Source of the DNA: Ranitomeya imitator
Taxonomy: Eukaryota
Assembly: GCF_032444005.1 (NCBI RefSeq)
Contig: NC_091288.1
Span: 16,058,001-16,122,000 of the forward strand
Direction: 5' to 3'
DNA: 64,000 nt
Positions 11,801 through 23,800 of this stretch are shown piece after piece. The notes under the pieces are model-generated. The model saw only the letters and a program-made list of their open reading frames with translations, searched no databases and was not told the origin of the DNA. Positions within the stretch are counted from its first letter, which is position 1, and every line of letters starts with the position of its first letter. The position numbers and the translations under genes were made by a program.

Positions 11801-14800
11801 GTGGGCCAAAGCTTTCTCTGATCGTATCGATCTTCTGTTTAAAGAAAGAGGCGAAGTCATCAGCAGAAATGAGGGGGGAGGGAGGAGGTGCGGGGGGACG
11901 GAGTAGAGAATTGAAAGTGTTGAAAAGCTGTTTAGGGTTGTGGGACAGGGAGGATATGAGGGATGAGAAGTAAGTTTGTTTTGCGTCAGTGAGCGCAGAC
12001 TTGAAGCTGGCGAGGGACTGCTAGTATGCAGTGAAGTGGTCGGCAGAGTGGGATCGCTTCCATCTCCGCTCGGCAATCCTGGAAGCCCGTCTCAATTCTT
12101 TGGTCAGGCTGGTCAGCCAGGGCTGCCTGTTAATTGTACGAGTTTTACTATGCATGAGTGGGGCGGCCGAATCGAGTGTTGTTGTTATTGTGGTGTTATA
12201 AAAAGTGGCAGCAGCATCTGTGTCATGAAGGGAGGCTATGTCTGTGAGAGGGAGAAGGGACTCAGAGAGTGATTGTAAGTTGAGATGTTTGAGATTTCTG
12301 CGAGGGTGAGTGAGTTTGTGGAGTGGGGGTTGCACACTAGGAGAGGGACGAGAATGTCAGTAGGTTGTGGTCAGACAGGGGGAGGGGTGTGTTAGTGAGG
12401 TTAGTAAGGGAGCAGAGGCGGGTGAAGATGAGGTCCAGCGTGTGGCCATCTTTGTGAGTGGCCTCAGAGGACCATTGAGTGAGGCCAAAGGAGGCAGTCA
12501 GTGATAAAAGTTTAGAGGCAGCTGAGGTGAAAGTGTCAATGGGGACATTGAAATCACCCATGATGATAGTGGGGATGTCAACAGAGAGGAAATGAAGTAG
12601 CCAGGTGGTGAAGTGGTCGAGAAAGGTGGAGATGGCTAGTTCTGGGGGGCGGTAGATGACAGCCAGCTGGAGGTTGGAGGGGGAATAGATGCGGACAGAG
12701 TGCACCTCAAACGAGGGAAGAGTAGCGGAGGGTGGTAGCGGGATTGGAGTAAAGGAGCAGGTGTCGGACAGGAGCAAGCCAACTCCTCCACCGCGTTTGT
12801 TGCTGGGGCGAGGGGTGTGAGAGAGGTGGAATCCGCCATAGGAGAGCGCAGCTGGAGAGGCCGAGTCAGAGGGGGTGAGCCAGGTTTCAGTGAGGCCGAG
12901 GAAGGAGAGTTTGTTGGTGATGAAGAGGTCATGGATAAATGGCAGTTTGTTGCAGATGGAGCGTGCGTTCCATAGTGCTCCAAGTAGGGGGAGCGGGGGA
13001 GTGGGGGCTGGATGAATGGGTATGAGGTTGTCGTGGTTGGGAAAACGTGCGGAGGATCGTGGCAATACCTCCTTGAGGTAACGCACGCGCCAGCTGCAAA
13101 AATTTAGCCCCCCGGCTTCGGCCGATGTGTAGGCCGCACCCCGGAAGCGCACTCTGGCGGCTCTGCCCGCTTTTCTGGCGCTTCTCGCTTGGCACGGAAG
13201 CACTCAGTTTTCTCGGCCACTACAACGCCCCTCACTTCTACCGCTGGTATCGCTCCCGCCGGCTGCAGAAATTTAGGCCCCGGCTTGGGCCTATTCATGG
13301 AGGTCTCGAGGCTCCGCCAACATCGTGCCTTTGGCTCCGCCACCTGAATTGGCGCTTCTCGCTCTCTGCAAGATTTTATCACCTCTGCAACTCCCGGTGG
13401 CCATCTTGGTCCACCCGGCCGGCTCAGACAGGGGCGACGACTTTGCATTAAAGGGGCACAACGACTTGACCAGTATGACCAGAATTCCCTGATCTAAAAG
13501 GCGCATGACCAGTATTCCCTGGTCTTAAAGGCACATGACCAATCCGAAGCCGGTCACCCTAAATGAGCTCGGGAGTCCTCCGCCGCTGATCCCAGTTTAT
13601 CCCAGAGTACCTAGTTCCCTCAGTGGACTTCGTCACTGACCGCAATCCATGGTTTCTCTGACCAAGAGATTGAATCCCTCCGTGGCTTGGAGTGCTCGCA
13701 GAACCGATACATATGGTCCCTCTCCTACATGGGAGCTGTCGGCTAGCAGGGGCCGCAAGTATTCTAGAAACATACAGGTATCTAGAACTAATAACTCCCC
13801 TAGCCAACAAAAGCCTTTTGGAAGCAGAAAGGGCCCCAGTGATCCTCAGAGATCCGCACTGACCACGTCAGTTTTTTGTTTGCGGAGCTAGTATCTTTCC
13901 GCCTTATTGCAACAAAACTGCAAGTAGGGACTTTCTCACAGGGAGTTTTCACACGTGGTTCTTCCCTATCGCATACCGTTAGATCATTGGGACCTTAATG
14001 GTCCTAGGAGTCTTACAGTAGACTCCTTTTGATCCAGACTTTACTATCATGGAAGGTCGCCCTTTTTTTCTCTGCGATATCCTCATCCTGACGAGTCTTC
14101 GGAGCTAGCCGCTCTGTTCTTTCAGACTTTTTTCCCTTATTACCTTCAAGGCAAGGTTGTCCTCAGGCCATCCCCATCCCTTGTTATCAAGGTAGTATTG
14201 TATTATCACTGTTATGAGGGCATAGTTCTTCCCTCATCTCTTTCAGCACCAGTCCACAAAATGGAATGAGTTCCCCATATTCTGGACGACGTGAGTGCTC
14301 TGAGTAGGTACGTCTCGAGGACGGCGTCCTTCCGAAGGTTGGACGCTTTATTTGGGCTTCCCGACGGTAAGAGGACGGCTTTCTGACGGTTACTGGAAGG
14401 GCTTAGCCGTTTCATCGGCCATGTTAGCCTGGTGGATTTGTTACACCATCCAGGAGTTCTTCCGTGTTAGATGTCAGCCTATCTCCCTGTCTATCGAGGG
14501 TTCTAGGCACCAGGCGTCGGCAAAGCACGCCTGCAGATTCGTCCAGTCCGCATGCATTCTTGAAGCACTATAATTCCCACACTTCCACAGATGTGAGTCT
14601 GGGCAGGCGGATTCTGCAGGCCGCGGTGGCGCACTTGTAAGTAGCGGTTACACAGGGCCTGATCTGATGTTGTCCCCACCCAGGGACTGCTTTGAGACGT
14701 CCCACGGTCTGTGTCCCCCCATGAGGCGAAGGAGAAATAGGGATTTTTGTGTACTCACCGTAAAATCCTTTTTTCCGAGCCATTCATTGGGGGACACAGC

Positions 14801-17800
14801 TCCCACCCTGTTATTAGCTTATGCTTGTTTTATAATTTGACATGCTATACTCTCATATATAATATGACATGCTATACGCTCATATGCTGTTATTGATCTA
14901 CTGCTTTTGCACCGAACTGGCTAGCTGAGAGCTACCAGGAGGGTGTATACTGCAGGGAAGGAGCTAACTTTCTTTGTATCACTTAGTGTCAGCCTCCTAG
15001 TGGCAGCAGCATACACCCACGGTCTGTATCCCCCAATGAATGGCTCTGAGAAAAGGATTTTACGGTGAGTACACAAAAATCCCTATTTTTTTCCCCCCAT
15101 ATTTAAGTGATTAAACTTCTTAACTGTGAAAAAAAAATTGTTTGTGTTGCCATTTTCTGAGACCACTTTCATTTTTCCATCCATGAAGCTGCGAGAGGGC
15201 TTGTTTTTATTGATACCATTTTGGCTATGTGCACACGTTACGGATTTTTCACGTTTATTCTGTGGTTTTCCGCTTAAACGTTTACATTAAGCATGCCAAA
15301 AAATTTTAAAGCATACCGCAATTTTTGTGCCCATGTTACGTTTTTTTCCACGTAAAACATGTTCATTAATTTTGTGGACTTTTTGCGGATTTGCCGCTAT
15401 ATTATTTCATTGGGAACCTGCAAAAAACGCGAGCGGATTTCCTGCAAAAGTAATCCGGAGTTGCTCAGGAAAATTCTGCAAACTTTCCTGAACGTGTGCA
15501 CATAGCCTTTGGGATAGATAGGACGTTTTGATCGCTTTTTATTGCAATTTTGGAGGAAAAAACAAAAACGAATTCTGGAGTAGCAAATTTTTTATTTTTT
15601 TTAAACTTGCCGTCTAAATAATTCTATATTTTGATTGCTCGGCCTTCTACGACCAAATAAGTTTATTTTCTAAAAAAAAAAAAAATTTAGAGAAAGGTGC
15701 GATTTAAATTTTATTTTTTTTAACTTTTCTTAAATTTTTATTGTTTTGTCCTTTTAGAGGACTTGAGCCTGTAAATGTTTGAGTCCTCATACTCTGTACT
15801 GCGATCTATAGAATGTCTGATGTTCCTTGAAGGACAGCCTGAGGCTTGGTTTCACAGGACTTAAGGTACCTACACACAACGATTTTGTTAACGATATTGT
15901 TGCAATGTCACGCTTTTTGTGACGTAGCAACGATCCCGCTAACGATATCTTTATGTGTGACAACGACCAACGATTAGGCCCCTGCTGGGAGATCATTGGT
16001 CATTGGGGAATGATCAGGACCTTTTTTTGGTCGCTGATCACCCCGCTGTCATCGTTAGATCGGCGTCACACTGTAACCAGGGTAAACATCGGGTTACTAA
16101 GTGCAGGGCCGCACTTAGTAACCCGATATTTACCCTGGTTACCATTGTAAAAGTAAAAAAAAAAAAAAAAACAGTACATACTCACATTCCGATGTCTGTC
16201 ACGTCCCCCGCCGTCAGCTTCCCTGCACTGACTGTCAGTGACGGCCGTAAAGCAGAGCACAGCGGTGACGTCACCGCTGTACTCTGCTTTACGGCCGGCA
16301 CTGACACAGTCAGTGCGGGAAGCTGACGGCGGGGGACGTGACAGACATCGGAATGTATGTACTGGTTTTTTTTTTTTTTCTTTAACTTTTACAATGGTAA
16401 CCAGGGTAAATATCGGGTTACTAAGCGCGGCCCTGCACTTAGTAACCCGATGTTTACCTTGGTTACCCGGGGACTTTGGCATCGTTGAAGACAGTTTCAA
16501 CGATGCCGAAGTCTTTCCCCGGATCGTTGGTCACTGGAGAGAGCTGTCTGTGTGACAGCTCCCCAGCGACCACACAACGACTTACCAACGATCACGGCCA
16601 GGTCGTATCGCTGGTCGTGATTGTTGGTAAGTCGTTTAGTGTAACGGTACCTTAAGGAGGCAGTGGGGCGCGGGGGTGAATTAAATGCCGCTGTCCGAGA
16701 TTAGCATCAACATTTAAATGGTTAAACTGCAGCAGTCAGGGCTAGCTCCGGTCACTGCTGTTAAGAGACAGATGCCGGCTGTGTAACACAGCTGAGCCGG
16801 CTCCATACACTCTGCATGTGACCCGTGATGAAAAAGGGATTGTCTAAGACTTGAATACTGAGGTCGGAGACATCAGCGGCGGCAGCTACACACCTGAGAC
16901 TTGCTGTAGTTGTATTTGTCAGGGTTTTCCGCTCTGTACTTGCGGAAGAGAAGACGGGTGCGTTTGTCCACAGACACAGAATATGGCGTCTGGGCATTGG
17001 TGTCCCTTAAAGAGGTGAAGAATTGTAAAATTTATCAGTTGTGTAAAAATAAATGAATGTTGGTAACTACAGACCCGAATCGTATCCACCGACCTGAGCG
17101 CAGGGTCCCAGCCAGCGTCCATGAGCAGACAGGCCACTTCCCCGTGTCCAGCAGCAGCCGCCACGTGGAGCAGCGTGCGTCCCTCTACCGGCAGGTGCTC
17201 ATTCACCAGCCTCGGCACGACCTCCGAGGAGCAAAGTCTGGGTCCAGAGGAGTCGTCAGAGCCGGAAAGTACATCTTGTAACATCTGCTTAGCGGTCTCA
17301 GCATCTCCGGTCTTGCAGCAAGTGAATAAGACATTACGTGTCCTGGAGAATTCATCACCTGATCAGGAGACAAAAGGATTCATCATATATTAGCAAACAC
17401 ATGGGCAGTTGCATATTCTGCTGTGGGGGCACTGTCGGAGACATGGGGTAATACACATGCATTGCTCCTTGCTGTGCATGCAGAACATTGCTCCTTGCTG
17501 TGTATGCAGAACACACAGAGCATTGCTCCTCGCTGTGCATGCAGAACACGCAGAGCATTGCTCCTTGCTGTGTATGCTCAGTATACCTGCTCAGTGTCTC
17601 TTCTTATCCCTGTACAGGATTATAAACCCTATAATGAGCATATAGTCAGCAGAGCTCGACCACAGAGTGATGGAAGAAGCCCATCAGGTGTGATGAATGA
17701 CAGTTTACATCACGTGGACGGCTGCTGCGTCACTCACCAGGGAGGAGATAACACTAGGAAACAGGAGCCGGCGCAGGAAGTGAGGGGGCGATGCTCTGCT

Positions 17801-20800
17801 GGAAGTCTCGGGTCCTGTTACATGTGGCCCTGACTAAATATGGTACATACTTGGTACCTCCAAGGTTGTAGGATTCCCTAACGGCAGCTCCTCTGACAAT
17901 GGCCGATCAGCAATGGTCCGAGAAACATGATAAAGATCAAGGAGATGACTCGTCTCCAACTCCCCAGATCCTAGTCCGATCCATAATCTGTGGGACGTGC
18001 TGGAGAGCAAAGTCTGATCCACGGAGGCCGCACTAAGCGTCGCACAGAACCGGCTAATAACGTCCTGCTGCCAGCAGTAGGAGACCTACACAATATCAGA
18101 CCGGCGCCTCTAAAGTCCTGACTGATCTGTGTATGAGCCAACATATAAAGGGCGACCCCGTCCCCCGGCGTCAGTGCTTTACCTTCCAGTGCAGATGATG
18201 GCTGAGGTGTATAGTTCTCTGTTTCCTCAATGGCTGAATCTTCATCCTCACGGTCCTGCTCGGTCCTCCGAGATGTAACACTGGGCCCAGTCGCACCTAC
18301 AAAACCCAGACAACACTCACAGCAGACGTCCTTCCACCATGATGACCTCTGCACAGTGTGGTTAACAGCCCCAAAAAGTGAAATGGGATCAAAATGTCCT
18401 CTTCACCCCAATATGGCAGAGAACGTGAGCGTGGCTACAAAGCCCCGCGGTCATAAACAGATAAAAGTTACACCACCTTGTGTATTATATAACACTAATG
18501 TAACACGCACTCGTTGCTTCCCGCTTCTTTCTCTTTTTTCTCCTCCTCCTTGGCTCCACTTCGTGCTCCCTCAGATCCAATGTGCTGATTGTCAGCTCCT
18601 CTTCCACTAAGTCTTCAGATGCGGGAGACTCCTCTTCTGACACATCAGCGGCATCTGACACAAGACACAAACATCTGCGGTGGATTCTATGGATACATTC
18701 TGTATAAAAGGCGACAAATGATCCTCAATAATAGAATGGGGGAGTGGTAACAATCTGCATCTGGTGAAGCTGCGGACCACCACGGTCTCCATCGCACCCT
18801 GGACATGTATATTTACCCGTCCTCTGTTCTTTAACTTCCGTCCGTCCTGGCTTTCTAGGCCTTAAGGTTTTCACTTGTGTTCTACTGAACAGTGATGAGG
18901 CCACCGCCATTTCTGTAAAAAGAAAACCCCCTTATTATCTATATTGTTCAGAACAATAAAACACAAGCACCAAATGCTTGAGAGATATAAAGCCCCCAAC
19001 TAAAACGACAAAGGAGAAAGTCAGAGTAAGAGCCTGAATTATACTGCGCGTTAGATGCCAAAATTCTGCTACTGTTATAGAAAACAGTCGGCAAGCAGGA
19101 CATCACACACTCCCTCACAGCTGAACTCCTATAATGAAGAGAGTATTACATTTTTCCTACAATGGGCGACTGTGCTGTGCTTGGTGTAAAGATGAAGTTT
19201 CCCAGACTTCAAATATTCAAGCAAGATTTTTAATTCACAGAATAGTGAGTGCAGCTCTGGAGGATAATGCAGGACGTAACCCAGGATCAGTAATGTAATG
19301 TGTGTACACAGTGACTGCACCAGCAGAATAGTGAGTGCAGCTCTGGAGTATAATACAGGATGTAACTCAGGATCAGTAATGTAATGTATGTACACAGTGA
19401 CTGCACGAGCAGAATAGTGAGTGCAGCTCTGGAGTATAATACAGGATGTAACTCAGGATCTGTAATGTAATGTATGTACACAGTGACTGCACAAGCAGAA
19501 TAGTGAGTGCAGCTCTGGGGTATAATACAGGATGTAACTCAGGATCAGTAATGTAATGTATGTACACAGTGACTACACCAGCAGAATAGTGAGTGCAGCT
19601 CTGCAGTATAATACAGGATGTAACTCAGGATCTGTAATGTAATGTATGTACACAGTGACTGCACGAGCAGAATAGTGAGTGCAGCTCTGGAGTATAATAC
19701 AGGATGTAACTCAGGATCAGTAATGTATGTACGCAGTGACCTCAGAGCCATCTTACCATAGAGCTGCAGGGTGAAGAGATGTGTGTGCACCCTATGGACC
19801 TCCCTGTAGGTGGCTCTCCTTGTGCAGAATGGAATTCCGAAAACTCGCGGGTCTTTCCTTGTAATGGGAGAATTACGTCCTAAGAACAGAGTTTTATCAG
19901 AACGAGGGGCTCGGAGAAAGATCCCCTGAGCTTCTTTAATGTGATCTGTCCAGCTCTGCAATAACTGATTTATGTCCTGGAAGTAAAAGAAAAACAAGAT
20001 CAGTAATATTAATACTTGGAGATTGTATGAAGTCGTCTAATAGCTACCGCAGTAATAAGATGTAGAAGACTCACCGCCATCAGAGCCGCCTGGTTGTATC
20101 TCCTCAGAGCCGCCCCGGCAGACTTAGCCATGTGTCCACGATTCTGGGAGTCATGGACGGATTGTGCGGTCCCCCTTTTGGCTCTCACTGTGTAACGATG
20201 GAAGGTCTTGTGCTTCATCACCTCCTTTCTGTAGAGAAGACACAAATGAGGATGGAGGACATGATCTTACACATAACGCCACGTATAACCCAGGTAGTGT
20301 AATGCAGGTGGGGAGGTGACAGAAACAAGAAACATATATGTATGTATATATAAATGCATATAAAATAGAAAAGTACCCCTGATAAACAGCTCCAGCAAAA
20401 TGTCCTCCACCTGCCATGAGAATCACCACCACCGGCGGCTGCTCCTGCAGACGCTTCACACAACTGAGCAGCTGCTGCGCCGTCACCTCCAGGTCCTGGA
20501 GCAGGATACAGTAATGTTGTATTACAGAGGCCTCACATTGGTTATATGGTGCATTTATAGTCCGTACCTTCGCTGCCCCCAAAACACAGCGGTAAACAGA
20601 CAGAAGCTGCTGCTCTCCATTCCGAAATAAGACTCTCTGAGCTCGGATGGACTGAGCGATGTTGGGAGATGAACCGTCTCCGGGCTCCGAGGTCGTCCTG
20701 GGCTCCAATTCATCCGAGCTCTCCGAGTCTGAGCCAGAGATGCTGGATACGTCTCCTGGAAAAGATGGAAAAGGATTCTTATACCAGAGGTGAAGGTCCT

Positions 20801-23800
20801 GAAATGTGGAAGCCCTCACATGCCTCTCTTTCCTCGTCCTCCCCGCAGCCCATGCCTCTTTTTCCTTAACCTCCCCGCAGCCCATGCCTCTCTTTCCTCG
20901 TCCTCCCCGCAGCCCATGCCTCTTTTTCCTTAACCTCCCCGCAGCCCATGCCTCTTTTTCCTTAACCTCCCCGCAGCCCATGCCTCTTTTTCTTTAACCT
21001 CCCCGCAGCCCATGCCTCTCTTTCCTTAACCTCCCCGCAGCCCATGCCTCTTTTTCCTTAACCTCCCCGCAGCCTATGCCTCTTTTTCCTTAACCTCCCC
21101 GCAGCCCATGCCTCTTTTTCCTTAACCTCCCCGCAGCCCATGTCTCTTTTTCCTTAACCTCCCCGCAGCCCATGCCTCTCTTTCCTCGTCCTCCCCGCAG
21201 CCCATGCCTCTCTTTTCTCGTCCTCCCCGCAGCCCATGCCTCTTTCCTCGTCCTCCCCACAGCCCATGCCTCTTTTTCCTCGACGTCCCCGCAGCCCATG
21301 CCTCTTTTTCCTCGACCTCCCTGCAGCCCATGCCTCTTTTACCTCGACCTCCCCGCAGCCCATGTCTCTTTTTCCTTGACCTCTCAGCAGCCCATGCCTC
21401 TTTTTCCTCGACCTCTCAGCAGCCAATGCCTCTTTTTCCTCGACCTCCCCGCAGCCCATGCCTCTTTTTCCTCGACCTCCCCACAGCCCATGCCTTTTTC
21501 CTCAACCTCCCCGCAGCCCATGCCTCTTTTTCCTCGACCTCTCAGCAGCCAATGCCTTTTTCCTTAACCTCCCCGCAGCCCATGCCTCTTTTTCCTCAGC
21601 CTCTCAGCAGCCCATGCCTTTTTCCTCGACCTCCTCGCAGCCCATGTCTCTTTTTCCTTGCCCTCTCAGCAGCCCATGCCTCGCCTTTCAACTTCTCAGC
21701 AGCCCATCTTGTCCCTAAGCCACTCAACAAAGCTTGTCTCATGCCACGACTGACTCAGTAGAGCATGTTTCATCCCTCGACCTCTCAGCAGCCCATGTCT
21801 AATCTCACACACCTCTCCTCCATGTCTTGTCCTGTTCAGGACCCATTCACTTGCTCATGCCTTATTTCTCTTCTCTCACCTGCCCGTGTCTTCTCCTGGA
21901 AGTCCTCTTCACTTAACACTTCTGCTCCCTGGATTCTCCTTTTCAGGTTAAATCGATGCCAGTCCAAGGTGTAATGTTCTCTCTTTAACACAGAAATCAA
22001 AGGTCAATTTTCTGAAGCCATAAATCAATTTTTATTTATCAAAATATACAGACTTGGTAGATCATCATAATAAGTTCTGACCTCCACCATACTTTACACT
22101 GCAGCTATTCTTGATCAGGTTGACGGCCATGCATTGATACCGAAGACATAAATTACCTGTTCCTCCCTGCTGTCAAATTTGCACTGACATGTCGAACAGT
22201 TCATGCGATCAGAAATCTCCAGGACATTAGGTGCTTTTGCTTCTCTGACATTTATTTCTAGGGAAAAACAATCACATATATCAGATTGTAATGTGCCCCT
22301 GCAATGAGGCATCGACGTCCCTCACTCCCCTCATTTGTTAGGTCCAGAGGTCCCTTAGTGCCATTCCCAAATAACATATCCTCGGATGTTTTCTTCAAGA
22401 TCCAGCAACAACAGCTAACCTGCTTGTCGATGGTTTCCACTTTTTTTCCCCAATCAGCAGCAGAGTTCTAGCATGACCCTTTTAATTGATTGGTAGCTCA
22501 TTACCCCTTATCGCTGTTCAAAACCAAACCCGAGCGGCGTCCTCATCGCTGATTGTGATTTTATACCTGGAGGCTTCACATTCTCCAAAGAATTGTCTTT
22601 TCCATGAGTTTTATTATAGATGGACAGGCCTGATAACTCTGGACTGGAAGGACTCAGATCAAACAGACTGACAACTTGTATTCCAGGAGACCTAAGAGGT
22701 TAATTACAAAATTACCAGAAGATATTGGGCACTGGCTGAAGAACCAACTGTTGTGTTACAAGATGTATGTGACTGGCAGGGATCTCATCTATGCCCATGT
22801 ACCTGACACCTTTCTATCATAGCTGCAATGCTCTGCGTTTTCTGACCCCTTTCTATCACAGCTGCGATGCTCTGCATGTCCTGACACCTTTCTATCATAG
22901 CTGCGATGTTCTGCATGTCCTGATCCCTTTCTATAAGAGTTGCAATGCTCTGCGTGTCCTGACCCCTTCTATCACAGCTGCGATGCTCTACATGTCCTGA
23001 CACCTTTCTATCATAGCTGTGATGCTCTGCATGTCCTGATACCTTTCTATCATAGCTGCGATGCTCTGCATCCCTGACACCTTTCTATCACAGCTGCGAT
23101 GTTCTGCCTGTCCTGACACCTTTCTATCATAGCAGCGATGTTCTGCATGTTCTGACACTTTTCTATCATAGCTGCGATGCTGCATGTCCTGACACCTTTC
23201 TATCATAGCTGTGATGTTCTGCATGTCCTGACTCCTTTCTATCATAGCTGCGAAAATCTGCATGTCCTGACTCCTTTCTATCATAGCTGCGATGCTCTGC
23301 ATGTCCTGACCCGTTTCTATCATAGCTGCGATGATTTACATGTCCTGACCCGTTTCTATCATAGCTGTGATGCTCTGCATGTCCTGACTCCTTTCTATCA
23401 TAGCTGCGATGCTCTGCGTGTCCTGAGTCCTTTCTATCATAGCTGCGATGCTCTGCGTTTCCTGACTCCTTTCTATCATAGCTGCGATGCTCTGCATGTT
23501 CTGACTCCTTTCTATCATAGCTGCGATGCTCTGCGTGTCCTGACTCCTTTCTATCATAGCTGCGATGCTCTGCATGTTCTGACACCTTTCTATCATAGCT
23601 GCGATGCTCTGCATGTTCTGACTCCTTTCTATCATAGCTGCGATGCTCTGCGTGTCCTGACTCCTTTCTATCATAGCTGCGATGCTCTGCCTGCCATGAC
23701 TCCTTTCTATCATAGCTGCGATGCTCTGTGTCCTGACTCCTTTCTATCATAGCTGCGACGCTCTGTGTGTCCTGACACCTTTCTATCATAGCTGCGATGC

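Larger units (their letters stand above)
8719..15088 (+). mobile_element. Decayed DIRS1-type tyrosine-recombinase retrotransposon with ITRs and internal complementary region, interrupted by an L2 LINE
   Basis: Left end TTTCTCCTTCGCCTCATTGGGGGACACGGACCGTGGGTGTATGCTGCTGCCACTAGGAGG is complementary to ~14976-15037. ICR 14701-14800 joins the reverse complement of the left terminus to that of the right terminus. Broken YR remnants at ~13930-14640 ([25 protein letters not shown]). Confidence 0.88.

Noticed and set aside
17837-18090. 76-codon open segment bounded by AG and GT on the minus strand
   Set aside because: Phase 0-0, incompatible with the flanking phase-1 ANKZF1 junctions; no homology recognised.
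20756-20798. Alternative upstream acceptor extending ANKZF1 exon 5 ([14 protein letters not shown])
   Set aside because: Phase 0 does not match the preceding phase-1 exon; homology starts at GDVSSISGS.
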